Assembly (NCBI GenBank): GCA_035776655.1
Contig: DASTWK010000017.1
Coordinates: 11,940-75,939, forward strand
Direction of reading: 5' to 3'
DNA from: Mycobacteriales bacterium
GTDB lineage: Bacteria > Actinomycetota > Actinomycetes > JAFAQI01
DNA: 64,000 nt
The position numbers and the translations under genes are program-made. Each line of letters begins with the position of its first letter. The first letter of the stretch is position 1. Shown here one piece after another: positions 56,491-64,000 of this stretch. The notes beneath the pieces are model-generated. The model worked only from the letters and a program-made list of their open reading frames with translations. It ran no database searches and was not told the DNA's origin.

Positions 56491-58062
56491 GTGACCACCG
56501 GGGCTCCGGGCGCAGCGGTCGAGAGCCTCGTAGGCGCCACTGTCGATCCTCCGCGGGAGGCCTCCCGCGCTCGCTGGTTGCCGGCCGCGGTCGCCGGGGT
56601 GCTGGTGGTCAGCATCGCACTGCGGTTCCTCAGCCGGCCGCCGCTGTGGCTGGACGAGGCGCAGACGGTCGAGATCGCGCGACGGTCGTTGCCGCATCTG
56701 GTCGCGGCCTTGCGACACGACGGTGCCCCGCCGCTCTACTACCTGTTGCTGCACGGCTGGATGAGTGTGGCCGGCACCAGCACGTTCGCCATCCGTGCCT
56801 TGTCCGGGATCTTCGCGGTGGCTTCGCTGCCCGTGATGTGGTTCGTGGCCCGACGGTTCCGGCCGCCGGGCAGCGCATCGCCGTGGCCCGCCGTCCTGCT
56901 GCTGGCGACCTGCCCCTTCGCCGTCCGCTACGCCACCGAGGCGCGGATGTACGCCCTGGTGCTGCTGCTCGTCCTGCTCGGCCTGTTCCTCTTCGAACGC
57001 GCGTGGTCGACCGGCAGTCGGTGGGCGATGGCTGCTGCTGCGGTCGTCACCGGTGCGCTCCTTCTCACGCAGTACTGGGCGATGTTCTTGATCGCGGTCG
57101 TGGGGTTGGGTGCGGTCGGTTGCCTGCTGCGAGGAGACCGCCGTGGCTGGCGCGTGGTCGTTCCGCTGGCCGTCGGCTGCCTCGCCTTCGTCCCGTGGTT
57201 GCCGACGTTCGCCTACCAGAGCGCCCACACCGGAGCGCCGTGGGGCGCACCGCCGGGCCTCGAGACCCCGCTCCTGACTCTGCGCGACTGGTCCGGTGGG
57301 TGGCTGTCCGGCCCGTTGCTCGGCGTGGCCTACTACCTGCTGATCGCCGTCGCCCTGGCCGGACACCCGACGTTCGACGGCAGCGGCATCACGTTCCGCC
57401 GGCCGTTGCGGCGCCCCGCGCTGCTGCTGATCGGGCTCGCGGTCGCGACGCTGTACGTCGGGGTCGTGGCCAGCGTCGTCGCCTCCAGCGCCTACGCGTC
57501 GCGCTACAGCACGATCGTTCTCGCGCCGGCGCTGCTCGTGGTCGCCTTCGGCCTGGCGGTGCTCCCGGGCCGGGCCCGCACGGTTGCGCTGTGCGTCGTC
57601 TGCGCCCTGGGCCTGGCCGGGTCTGCCTGGTTGCCGGCGAAGCTGCGCACTCAGGCGGGACAGGTCGCGGCCCTGCTGCAGGCTGCCGGGCCGCACGACC
57701 TCGTCGTGTTCTGCCCGGACCAGCTCGGTCCGGCCGTGCACCGGCTGGCGCCGGATGCCGGGACGCAGGTCGTCTACCCGACGTTCGGCTCGGCGGCGAT
57801 GGTCGACTGGGTGGACTACGAGAAACGCAACAAGAGCGCCGACCCGATCGCGTTCGCGCGGCAGGCGCTGCAGCGTGCGTCCGGTCGGCCGATCTGGCTC
57901 GTCTATCGCACCGGCTACCCGACGCTGGCAGGTGCGTGCACGTCTCTCGTCACCTCGTTCACGGTCGCGCGCGGACGTCCGGAGGACGAGCTCGCTCCCC
58001 ACGGCGCCTTCGAGAAGTACACGGTCGCGCGCTTTCCGGCGGCCGCGCCGCCTGCTGGTTGA
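56491..58062 (+). CDS. GT-C membrane glycosyltransferase (PMT_2/GT39-like)
   Basis: LWLDE, DGAPPLYY, ATEARMY; multi-TM with an extracellular C-terminal domain; GTG 56491. Confidence 0.82.
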   Translation: MTTGAPGAAVESLVGATVDPPREASRARWLPAAVAGVLVVSIALRFLSRPPLWLDEAQTVEIARRSLPHLVAALRHDGAPPLYYLLLHGWMSVAGTSTFAIRALSGIFAVASLPVMWFVARRFRPPGSASPWPAVLLLATCPFAVRYATEARMYALVLLLVLLGLFLFERAWSTGSRWAMAAAAVVTGALLLTQYWAMFLIAVVGLGAVGCLLRGDRRGWRVVVPLAVGCLAFVPWLPTFAYQSAHTGAPWGAPPGLETPLLTLRDWSGGWLSGPLLGVAYYLLIAVALAGHPTFDGSGITFRRPLRRPALLLIGLAVATLYVGVVASVVASSAYASRYSTIVLAPALLVVAFGLAVLPGRARTVALCVVCALGLAGSAWLPAKLRTQAGQVAALLQAAGPHDLVVFCPDQLGPAVHRLAPDAGTQVVYPTFGSAAMVDWVDYEKRNKSADPIAFARQALQRASGRPIWLVYRTGYPTLAGACTSLVTSFTVARGRPEDELAPHGAFEKYTVARFPAAAPPAG

Positions 58063-59519
58063 GCAGGGCAGGTCGAGAGCACGGTCCAGCGGGCCCCCGG
58101 CGTCCCGACCGACCCCCGCAGTCGGTACGCCGCGGCGACCGCGGCCGGCAGTCGAGGTGCTCCGCCCTCCTGGAACACCGTGCCGCGCGGCGCGGCGACG
58201 ATGCCGACGTTCTCCAGATGGTCATGCAGCTCCCACGCGACCAGCGGCACCTGGAATGGCTGCGTCGTCACATGGCCGCACTGCCGGATCTCGTCGCGCC
58301 CTCCGGCGAGGGTGATGGCTGGCCCGAGCGTCGACTGCAGCCGGGCGAAGTCGCGGCCGATGCTGATGCCTGCGCGCACCTGTCGCTGCGTCGTGTGCAG
58401 CCGCGGCGCGACGAGCGCGACCAGCGCCACCGCCGTCACGGCGCTGACGACGACCGGGAGGGACGGTGACGGCCGCCGACGTACCACTGCCCGCACCAGA
58501 TCGGCGACGAAGACCCCGACCGCCACCACCGCGAGCCCCACGCCCGGGAGCAGATAGCGGGGAGCCCCGGTTGCGAAGCGGCCCTGGGCCAGCACCGCGT
58601 CGATGACCAACCAGCCGAAGGCGCCGGCACACAGCCATGCGGAGGGGGTGAGCCGGCGGCCGCGGAGTGAGGTGACGATCGCCCAGGCGGAGGCGGCCAG
58701 GAAGAGCACCAGCACCGGCCCCGACATCAGATGCCAGGTCTCCCGCACGGTTGCGATCCCGGGGTTCCGGGTCAGCAACGGCCCACCTTGGCTCGTGTGC
58801 TGAGCGGCCCCCGCCGAACGCGACAGCTGATGGGCTCCGAACAGGTCGATGACGAACCACGACGCGGGCACGATCACGGCAAGCGCCAGTGCCGACGAAC
58901 GGCGCCACAGCGGGCCGGATCGCGCCGACCAGACGCAGTAACCGAACAGGAACGGCCACGCCTCCGGGCGGAGCAGCCCGGCGACGACGAGCCAGCCCAG
59001 CGCGGCTCGACGGCGACGCGAGAGCAGGCTGTCCACCGCGGCGAGCACACCGGCGGCGGCGAACGGTTCGGACATGCCGCGCATGAACAGGTAGCCCAGG
59101 TATTCATCGGAGATCGCGAGGGCGATGACGGCGATCACTCCCGCTCCGATGCCGGCGAGCCGACGCGCGACGCGGAAGGCCAGCACCAGTGACAGCAGCG
59201 TTGCCGCCCGAGCGACGAGCAGCCACAGCACGGGTGCCGCGGCGGATCCCGTCAGCGCGAAGATCGTGTCCAAAGCGATCGGGAGCGGCTTGACCGCGGT
59301 GGCCGCGGCGCGGGTGTCGAGGTCGAGATGAAGGATCTCCCGCCCCCAGATCAGCCAGGACCACGGGTCATAGGCGACGCTGCGGGGGAGGAGCACCAGC
59401 GACACTCCGGCGAGCACCAGACACACGGCGACGACGCCCGCGAGCCCTCGACGGCGTGGACCGCCGGCGAGCTCCGGCTGCGGCCCGCTGTGGCTGGTCT
59501 CTGCCGCCGGCTCGACCAC
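57915..59519 (-). CDS. Multi-TM membrane protein, probable GT-C glycosyltransferase
   Basis: YDPWSWLIWGRE, AVKPLP, MSEP, LLRPEAW; start approximate. Confidence 0.65.
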   Translation of the reverse strand: MVEPAAETSHSGPQPELAGGPRRRGLAGVVAVCLVLAGVSLVLLPRSVAYDPWSWLIWGREILHLDLDTRAAATAVKPLPIALDTIFALTGSAAAPVLWLLVARAATLLSLVLAFRVARRLAGIGAGVIAVIALAISDEYLGYLFMRGMSEPFAAAGVLAAVDSLLSRRRRAALGWLVVAGLLRPEAWPFLFGYCVWSARSGPLWRRSSALALAVIVPASWFVIDLFGAHQLSRSAGAAQHTSQGGPLLTRNPGIATVRETWHLMSGPVLVLFLAASAWAIVTSLRGRRLTPSAWLCAGAFGWLVIDAVLAQGRFATGAPRYLLPGVGLAVVAVGVFVADLVRAVVRRRPSPSLPVVVSAVTAVALVALVAPRLHTTQRQVRAGISIGRDFARLQSTLGPAITLAGGRDEIRQCGHVTTQPFQVPLVAWELHDHLENVGIVAAPRGTVFQEGGAPRLPAAVAAAYRLRGSVGTPGARWTVLSTCPAQPAGGAAAGKRATVYFSKAPWGASSSSGRPRATVNEVTRDVHAPASVG

Positions 59520-59649
59520 GTGCGGAGGGCGGATCAACGGGCGCTCACCACGGAACCTTACGATGGCCGTTACCCGCCCAATCCGGACACGCTCGCCGGG
59601 GCGGCGTTCGAACACGTGCCCTCGAGACCGCACGAACCGAAGGAGACCG

Positions 59650-61173
59650 GTGTCCTGGTCAGGCAACCCGCACGTGGTCGTCATCGGTGCCGGTCCGGCC
59701 GGGCTGACCGCCGCCTACACGCTCACGAAGGCCGGCGAGCCGGTCACGGTCGTCGAAGCCGACGACGTCGTCGGCGGCATCAGCCGCACGGTGGAGCGCG
59801 ACGGGTGGCGGTTCGACATCGGTGGGCACCGGTTCTTCACGAAGGTGCCCGTCGTCGAAGACCTCTGGCACGAGATCCTGCCGGACGCCGATTTCCTCGT
59901 GCGGCCGCGGATGAGCCGGATCTACTACGACAACAAGCTCTTCGACTACCCGCTGCGGGCCGCGAACGCCTTGCGCAACCTCGGCGTCCTCGAAGCGATC
60001 CGCTGCGTGGCGTCGTACCTGTGGGTGCGCATCCGCCCGCCGAAGAACCAGCAGACCCTCGAGGGCTGGGTGGCGGCCCGGTTCGGCTGGCGGCTCTACC
60101 GGACCTTCTTCAAGACCTACAACGAGAAGGTCTGGGGCGTTCCCGCCAGTGAGATCGCGGCCGACTGGGCTGCGCAGCGCATCAAGAACCTGTCCCTGTT
60201 CGGCGCGGTGATCAACTCGATCCTGCCCAAGCGGAACCAGACGGACATCACCAGCTTGATCGAGGAGTTCCAGTACCCCAAGCTCGGTCCCGGGATGATG
60301 TGGGAGCGCTGCCGCGATCTCGTCGCCGCCGGTGGGGGAGACGTCGTGATGGGTTCGCCCGTCACGGCGATCCGGCGCAGCACGGCCGGCGCGATCGCGG
60401 TCGTGGCCGCGCGCGGCGGGGTCCAGGTCTCCATCCCGACCAGCGCGGTGATCAGCTCGATGCCGCTGCCGGAGCTCGTGCTCGCCATGGACCCGCCCGC
60501 ACCGGCCGAGGTGCAGATGGCGGCTCGACGGCTGTCGCACCGCGACTTCCTCACCGTCGCTCTGGTGGTGCCGGAGTCCGCCAGCTTCCCGGACAACTGG
60601 ATCTACATCCACGCACCGGACGTGAAGGTGGGCCGCATCCAGAACTTCGGGTCGTGGTCGCCGTACCTCGTCAAGGACGGACGCACGTGCCTCGGGCTCG
60701 AGTACTTCGTGTTCGAAGGTGACGATCTCTGGGCGGCGCCGGACGAGGAGCTGATCGAGCTGGCGAAGCGCGAGCTCGTCGCGTTGGGCCTGGTCGGCGA
60801 GGGCCAGTGCGAGGCTGGTTACGTCGTCCGCATGCCGAAGGCCTATCCGGTGTACGACCACGGCTACCAGGACGCGGTGGAGGTCATCCGTCGCTGGCTG
60901 TCCGACGCGGTCCCCAACGTCTATCCGGTGGGACGCAACGGCATGCACAAGTACAACAACCAGGACCACTCGATGCTGACCGCGTTGCTGTCGGTCGACA
61001 ACCTCCTGAACGACGCCGGTCACGACGTCTGGTCCGTGAACGTCGAATCCGACTACCACGAGGAAGCATCGCTGTCGCAACCGCGCGGTGACGGGGGCAG
61101 CAGCGGCGGCACCGGCCGGGACGCGCCCGTGCTCCCTACCCGTGCGGTGCTGGCAGAAGAGGGCGCGAGCTGA
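59650..61173 (+). CDS. FAD-dependent oxidoreductase (HemY/UGM-like, of the type found in glycan loci)
   Basis: IGAGPAGL, FDIGGHRFFTK, PKAYPVY, GRNGMHKYNNQDHSM; RBS aggag before GTG 59650. Confidence 0.85.
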   Translation: MSWSGNPHVVVIGAGPAGLTAAYTLTKAGEPVTVVEADDVVGGISRTVERDGWRFDIGGHRFFTKVPVVEDLWHEILPDADFLVRPRMSRIYYDNKLFDYPLRAANALRNLGVLEAIRCVASYLWVRIRPPKNQQTLEGWVAARFGWRLYRTFFKTYNEKVWGVPASEIAADWAAQRIKNLSLFGAVINSILPKRNQTDITSLIEEFQYPKLGPGMMWERCRDLVAAGGGDVVMGSPVTAIRRSTAGAIAVVAARGGVQVSIPTSAVISSMPLPELVLAMDPPAPAEVQMAARRLSHRDFLTVALVVPESASFPDNWIYIHAPDVKVGRIQNFGSWSPYLVKDGRTCLGLEYFVFEGDDLWAAPDEELIELAKRELVALGLVGEGQCEAGYVVRMPKAYPVYDHGYQDAVEVIRRWLSDAVPNVYPVGRNGMHKYNNQDHSMLTALLSVDNLLNDAGHDVWSVNVESDYHEEASLSQPRGDGGSSGGTGRDAPVLPTRAVLAEEGAS

Positions 61174-62515
61174 CCGAAGCGGCGAGGACCGGTCGCTCGG
61201 CGCTGGCAACGGCGACGGCGAGCAGGCCCAGCGGCAGTGTGTAGTGGTTGAAGAACGTCTGCTTGTTCGCCAGGTCGAACGCCCACAGAACGATCGCGCA
61301 GGCGAGGGCGAGGCCCGACGGCGTACGCGGCACCCGCCACAACACCAGGCCATAGGCGCCCGCCAGGAACGCCGCCGCGAGCCAGAATCCGACGTGCAGG
61401 TCGTAGCGAAGCAGCAGGCTCGGCAGGTTCAGTGCGCGCGGCTCGAGCTGCAACGCCAGGTTGGCATGCACCGCGTCGTGCCACAGGTCGCCAGGGCCGG
61501 CGGCGAACCACGGCAGCACGACCGCGGCCGCGGCGGCGAGTGAGACGGCGGTACGGCGCAGGCCGAACGACGGCCAGATCGCGAACACCGGCAGCAGCAG
61601 GACGATGTGTTGCTTGCACGCCAACGCCACGGCCAGCGCGATGACGGCGACGGCCGGTCGCTCGTCGAGCAACGCGAGGACGACGATCGCCAGTGCGGCC
61701 AGGAGGAGCGGTTCCGTCCAGGACCGGTTGATCAGCAGGACCCATCCAGGCAACCCGAGGAGCAGCGCGGACACCGCTGGTGCGGCCCGATGCTCCATCC
61801 GCCGGACGACCACCGCGGCCAGGACCGCGGCAGTGAGCAGTCCGAACCGGACGTCTCCGACCAGCCAACGAAACGGCGCGAGCAGCAAGGTCGAGCCCGG
61901 CAGATAGGGGTAGACGGCCTGCAAGCCGGTGCTGCCGGACCAGTGCTGCCGATACATGTCGTCCCCGTGCAGCAGCCCGCTGCTGGACTGCTGCAGTAGG
62001 TCCCACACGTCGATGCCGGGATCCCTGATCAGCACGACCGTGACCACACCGGTGGCGATCGCCAGTGCGACGAGCGACAGCCAGCAAGCCCGCTGCCACC
62101 GATGCGGTGCCAGCAACGAGGCGGCGGCCGCGACCGCAGTCGCGACACCGAGCGCCGAGACGATGTGCAGGTCCGTGCCGTGCAGGTAGAGGAACGGGTG
62201 CGTCGGGTTCACCACCGCCTCGACCACGACCAGCACCGCCGGCGCTGCGAGCAACGCGCGGTCGGGACGGGCAAGAGGTCGGCCGAGTGCCACTGCGGCG
62301 ACCAGAACCACGAAGCCCGCGAGCAGACAGCTGACAGCCGCCGACGAGTAGTAGCCGGCATGGGACGCATCAGCAATGGCGAGCAGGCACCACGCGAGCA
62401 GCACGCCGCCCGAGCTCAGCTTGCCGCCGACTGTCGGCGCCCCGGACCGGCGTGCGGCGAAGTTGGCGGTTCGTCGCCCCAGTCCCGACATCAAGGGATC
62501 GGCGTCCGTGCTCAC
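61136..62515 (-). CDS. GT-C membrane glycosyltransferase (GT87/DUF2029-like)
   Basis: IDVW, VYPYLP, SWTEP, ACKQH, NKQTFFNHY; multi-TM. Confidence 0.72.
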   Translation of the reverse strand: MSTDADPLMSGLGRRTANFAARRSGAPTVGGKLSSGGVLLAWCLLAIADASHAGYYSSAAVSCLLAGFVVLVAAVALGRPLARPDRALLAAPAVLVVVEAVVNPTHPFLYLHGTDLHIVSALGVATAVAAAASLLAPHRWQRACWLSLVALAIATGVVTVVLIRDPGIDVWDLLQQSSSGLLHGDDMYRQHWSGSTGLQAVYPYLPGSTLLLAPFRWLVGDVRFGLLTAAVLAAVVVRRMEHRAAPAVSALLLGLPGWVLLINRSWTEPLLLAALAIVVLALLDERPAVAVIALAVALACKQHIVLLLPVFAIWPSFGLRRTAVSLAAAAAVVLPWFAAGPGDLWHDAVHANLALQLEPRALNLPSLLLRYDLHVGFWLAAAFLAGAYGLVLWRVPRTPSGLALACAIVLWAFDLANKQTFFNHYTLPLGLLAVAVASAERPVLAASVSSRPLLPAPHG

Positions 62516-62639
62516 GCTTCCTGGTCGAGCCCGGCGTCACGGGTGCGGGCGTGACTGGCGCCGGGCTGCTCCACGGGCTCGACGCTACTGGGTGGCGCGC
62601 CGAGACTGCTGGCAGCAGATGGTCGGCTGCCGAGCAGAC

Positions 62640-62669
62640 TTGCAAATCAACTTATAACTTTGCTACTCT
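62640..62669 (+). promoter_or_regulatory. Housekeeping-sigma promoter TTGCAA-N18-TACTCT for hsp20
   Basis: AT-rich patch in a GC-rich window; GCAAA/TTTGC inverted repeat spans the spacer. Confidence 0.6.
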
Positions 62670-62730
62670 TCAGGCACTAGGTAGTTCGCCGATCGCTGGC
62701 CGGTCGGCGTCAGCGCACAGGAGGTGCTGC

Positions 62731-63159
62731 ATGTTGCTCGAGAGGGTCGACCCGTTCCTGGCCGAATTCGATCGGCTGACCCAGCGCGCCTTCGGCGGCG
62801 TGGACGGCATCGGCATGCCGATGGACGTCATCCGTCGCGCCGACGAACTGGTCGTCACCGTGGACCTGCCGGGCGTCGCGAGCGACAAGATGAGCTTGAC
62901 CGTGGAGAATCACGTGCTCACGATCGCCGCAGAACGCCGTGGTGGCTACGGCGACGGCGACCAGCTGCTCGCGCAGGAGCGATTCGACGGGACCATCAGC
63001 CGCCGGCTGCGCGTGCCGGACTGGGTCGATGCCGAGGCTGTCACCGCCGATTACGTCGACGGCGTGCTGACCGTGCATCTCCCGCTCGCGGAGAAGGCGA
63101 AGCCGCGCCGGATCGAGGTCAGCGTCGGCAAGGCGCAGCAGGCCCAGATCGAGAGCTGA
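62731..63159 (+). CDS. Hsp20/alpha-crystallin small heat-shock protein
   Basis: MDVIR..DLPGV, ERFDGTISRRL, ADYVDGVLTV, KPRRI; RBS AGGAGG. Confidence 0.93.
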   Translation: MLLERVDPFLAEFDRLTQRAFGGVDGIGMPMDVIRRADELVVTVDLPGVASDKMSLTVENHVLTIAAERRGGYGDGDQLLAQERFDGTISRRLRVPDWVDAEAVTADYVDGVLTVHLPLAEKAKPRRIEVSVGKAQQAQIES

Positions 63160-63167
63160 ACCCGAGC

Positions 63168-63209
63168 GTCGTGAGAGCGGCGGCTGCACCCGAGCGCCGC
63201 TCTCACGAC
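63168..63209 (+). terminator. Perfect 15-bp stem-loop between hsp20 and the MerR gene
   Basis: GTCGTGAGAGCGGCG / CGCCGCTCTCACGAC, 12-nt loop, no U-tract. Confidence 0.6.
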
Positions 63210-63218
63210 ACGTTTCGA

Positions 63219-63542
63219 ATGGCGGATGTGGTGCTGTCTCCACTCGACGATCCGACCCGTCCGATCTTCACGGTCGGACAGGTCGCGGACATGCTCGACG
63301 TACAGCAGGCATTTCTCCGCCGACTCGAGTCGCACGATCTCGTGACGCCGGGCCGGTCGGAGGGCAACCAGCGGCGCTACAGCCGAGTCGACATCGACCG
63401 AGTGACGCAGATCTGCGGCCTGATCGATGAGGGCCTCACCCTCGCCGGCGTCACCCGAGTTCTGCAGCTGCAGGCGGAGGTCGCGGAGCTGAAGGCCGAG
63501 CTCGCCGAAGCGCGCCGCCAAGCCCGGACACGTCAGCGCTGA
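63219..63542 (+). CDS. MerR family (HspR-like) transcriptional regulator
   Basis: FTVGQVADML..LRRLE..LVTPGRSEGNQRRYS; C-terminal coiled coil. Confidence 0.85.
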   Translation: MADVVLSPLDDPTRPIFTVGQVADMLDVQQAFLRRLESHDLVTPGRSEGNQRRYSRVDIDRVTQICGLIDEGLTLAGVTRVLQLQAEVAELKAELAEARRQARTRQR

Positions 63543-63655
63543 CCGAGTCGCCCGGCTCGAACCTCGCGGTTGCGACGCAGGCGCAGGCGGACAGGTGTTG
63601 CGTCTGCCACGTCTAGCCACTTGCCGGACCGTAGCGGTGTCGCTGCCGCGTGGGC

Positions 63656-64000
63656 TCAGCTGCTTCTGTCGGACTTTCGCGTCGTGAGGTAGCGCTGCAG
63701 GGTGTCGAGCCGGTTGTCCCAGTCGTTGGCGAGTGCGGCGAGGAACTGCTGGGCGAGCTGCACGGGGGCGGACTGCAGCCGGTAGCGCACTCGTCGGCGT
63801 TCACCTGGCTCGCGCGCCACGAGGCCGGCGTCGGTCAGCAGCGTGAGGTGCTTGGCGATGCCCTGACGGGTGATAGGCAGTCGAGCGGCGAGGTCGGTCA
63901 CTGTCGAGGGGCCGTCGGTGGCCAGCGCGGCGAGGATCGCGCGGCGGGTTGGGTCGGCGAGGGCAACGAAGACCTGCTCGGCGACAGCCTCGACATCAGC
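63656..64000 (-). CDS. ArsR/SmtB family regulator (5' truncated by window edge)
   Basis: VFVALADPTRRAIL...ITRQGIAKHLTLL...RVRY. Confidence 0.88.
   Translation of the reverse strand, partial: ADVEAVAEQVFVALADPTRRAILAALATDGPSTVTDLAARLPITRQGIAKHLTLLTDAGLVAREPGERRRVRYRLQSAPVQLAQQFLAALANDWDNRLDTLQRYLTTRKSDRSS

Noticed and set aside
56477-59575. GGGTAA -10-like hexamers on the minus strand at 56477-56482 and 59570-59575
   Set aside because: No GTTT-like -35 element at a 14-17-nt spacing, so not called as SigF-type promoters.
62630-62700. HAIR (HspR) or CIRCE (HrcA) operator upstream of hsp20
   Set aside because: No acceptable match to either consensus.
238-63901. Hundreds of long alternative-frame and antisense ORFs in the track (e.g. 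1037..2914, 38608..41319, 41916..44111, 49476..51410)
   Set aside because: Arg/Ala/Pro-rich shadow ORFs expected in ~70% GC DNA; they overlap motif-supported genes and carry no family motifs.
1-64000. tRNA, rRNA, integrase, transposase, prophage or CRISPR features
   Set aside because: None recognisable by eye; a tRNAscan/Infernal run would be needed to exclude small RNAs, including tRNA-Sec.

Overview
A 64-kb, very GC-rich window of Actinomycetota type with about 58 supportable CDS. It contains no rRNA, tRNA, CRISPR array or mobile element. Positions 1.2-23 kb form one apparent accessory island: divergent qcrAB and ctaCD-X-ctaG units preceded by SigF/SigB-type promoter motifs, facing a ~14-kb minus-strand operon. 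That operon runs from nucleotide-sugar enzymes through three CgeB-type glycosyltransferases and a TIGR04290-like methyltransferase into an Mbh-ordered Mrp module with a single antiporter-like subunit. The oxidase subunit I keeps all metal ligands and the cross-link Tyr but lacks the canonical D- and K-channel residues. Positions 23-48 kb carry transporters, a PP2C phosphatase, a heptad-repeat surface protein, an amidohydrolase/ADC/SDR catabolic cluster, an adenylate cyclase-STAND protein, a SNF2-like helicase and a desaturase/reductase/PucR triad. At 48160-48624 a Bcp-type peroxiredoxin missed by the ORF track has an in-frame TGA exactly at the peroxidatic Cys position, followed by a SECIS-like hairpin; it is a probable selenoprotein and is coupled to a VIT1 gene. 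The end of the window holds a large anchored metzincin-like protein, tam, an sqdB + GT2 + GT-C surface-glycan cluster, hsp20 with a structured leader, a MerR/HspR-like regulator and a partial ArsR gene. All assignments come from reading motifs by eye; no database searches or folding programs were run.
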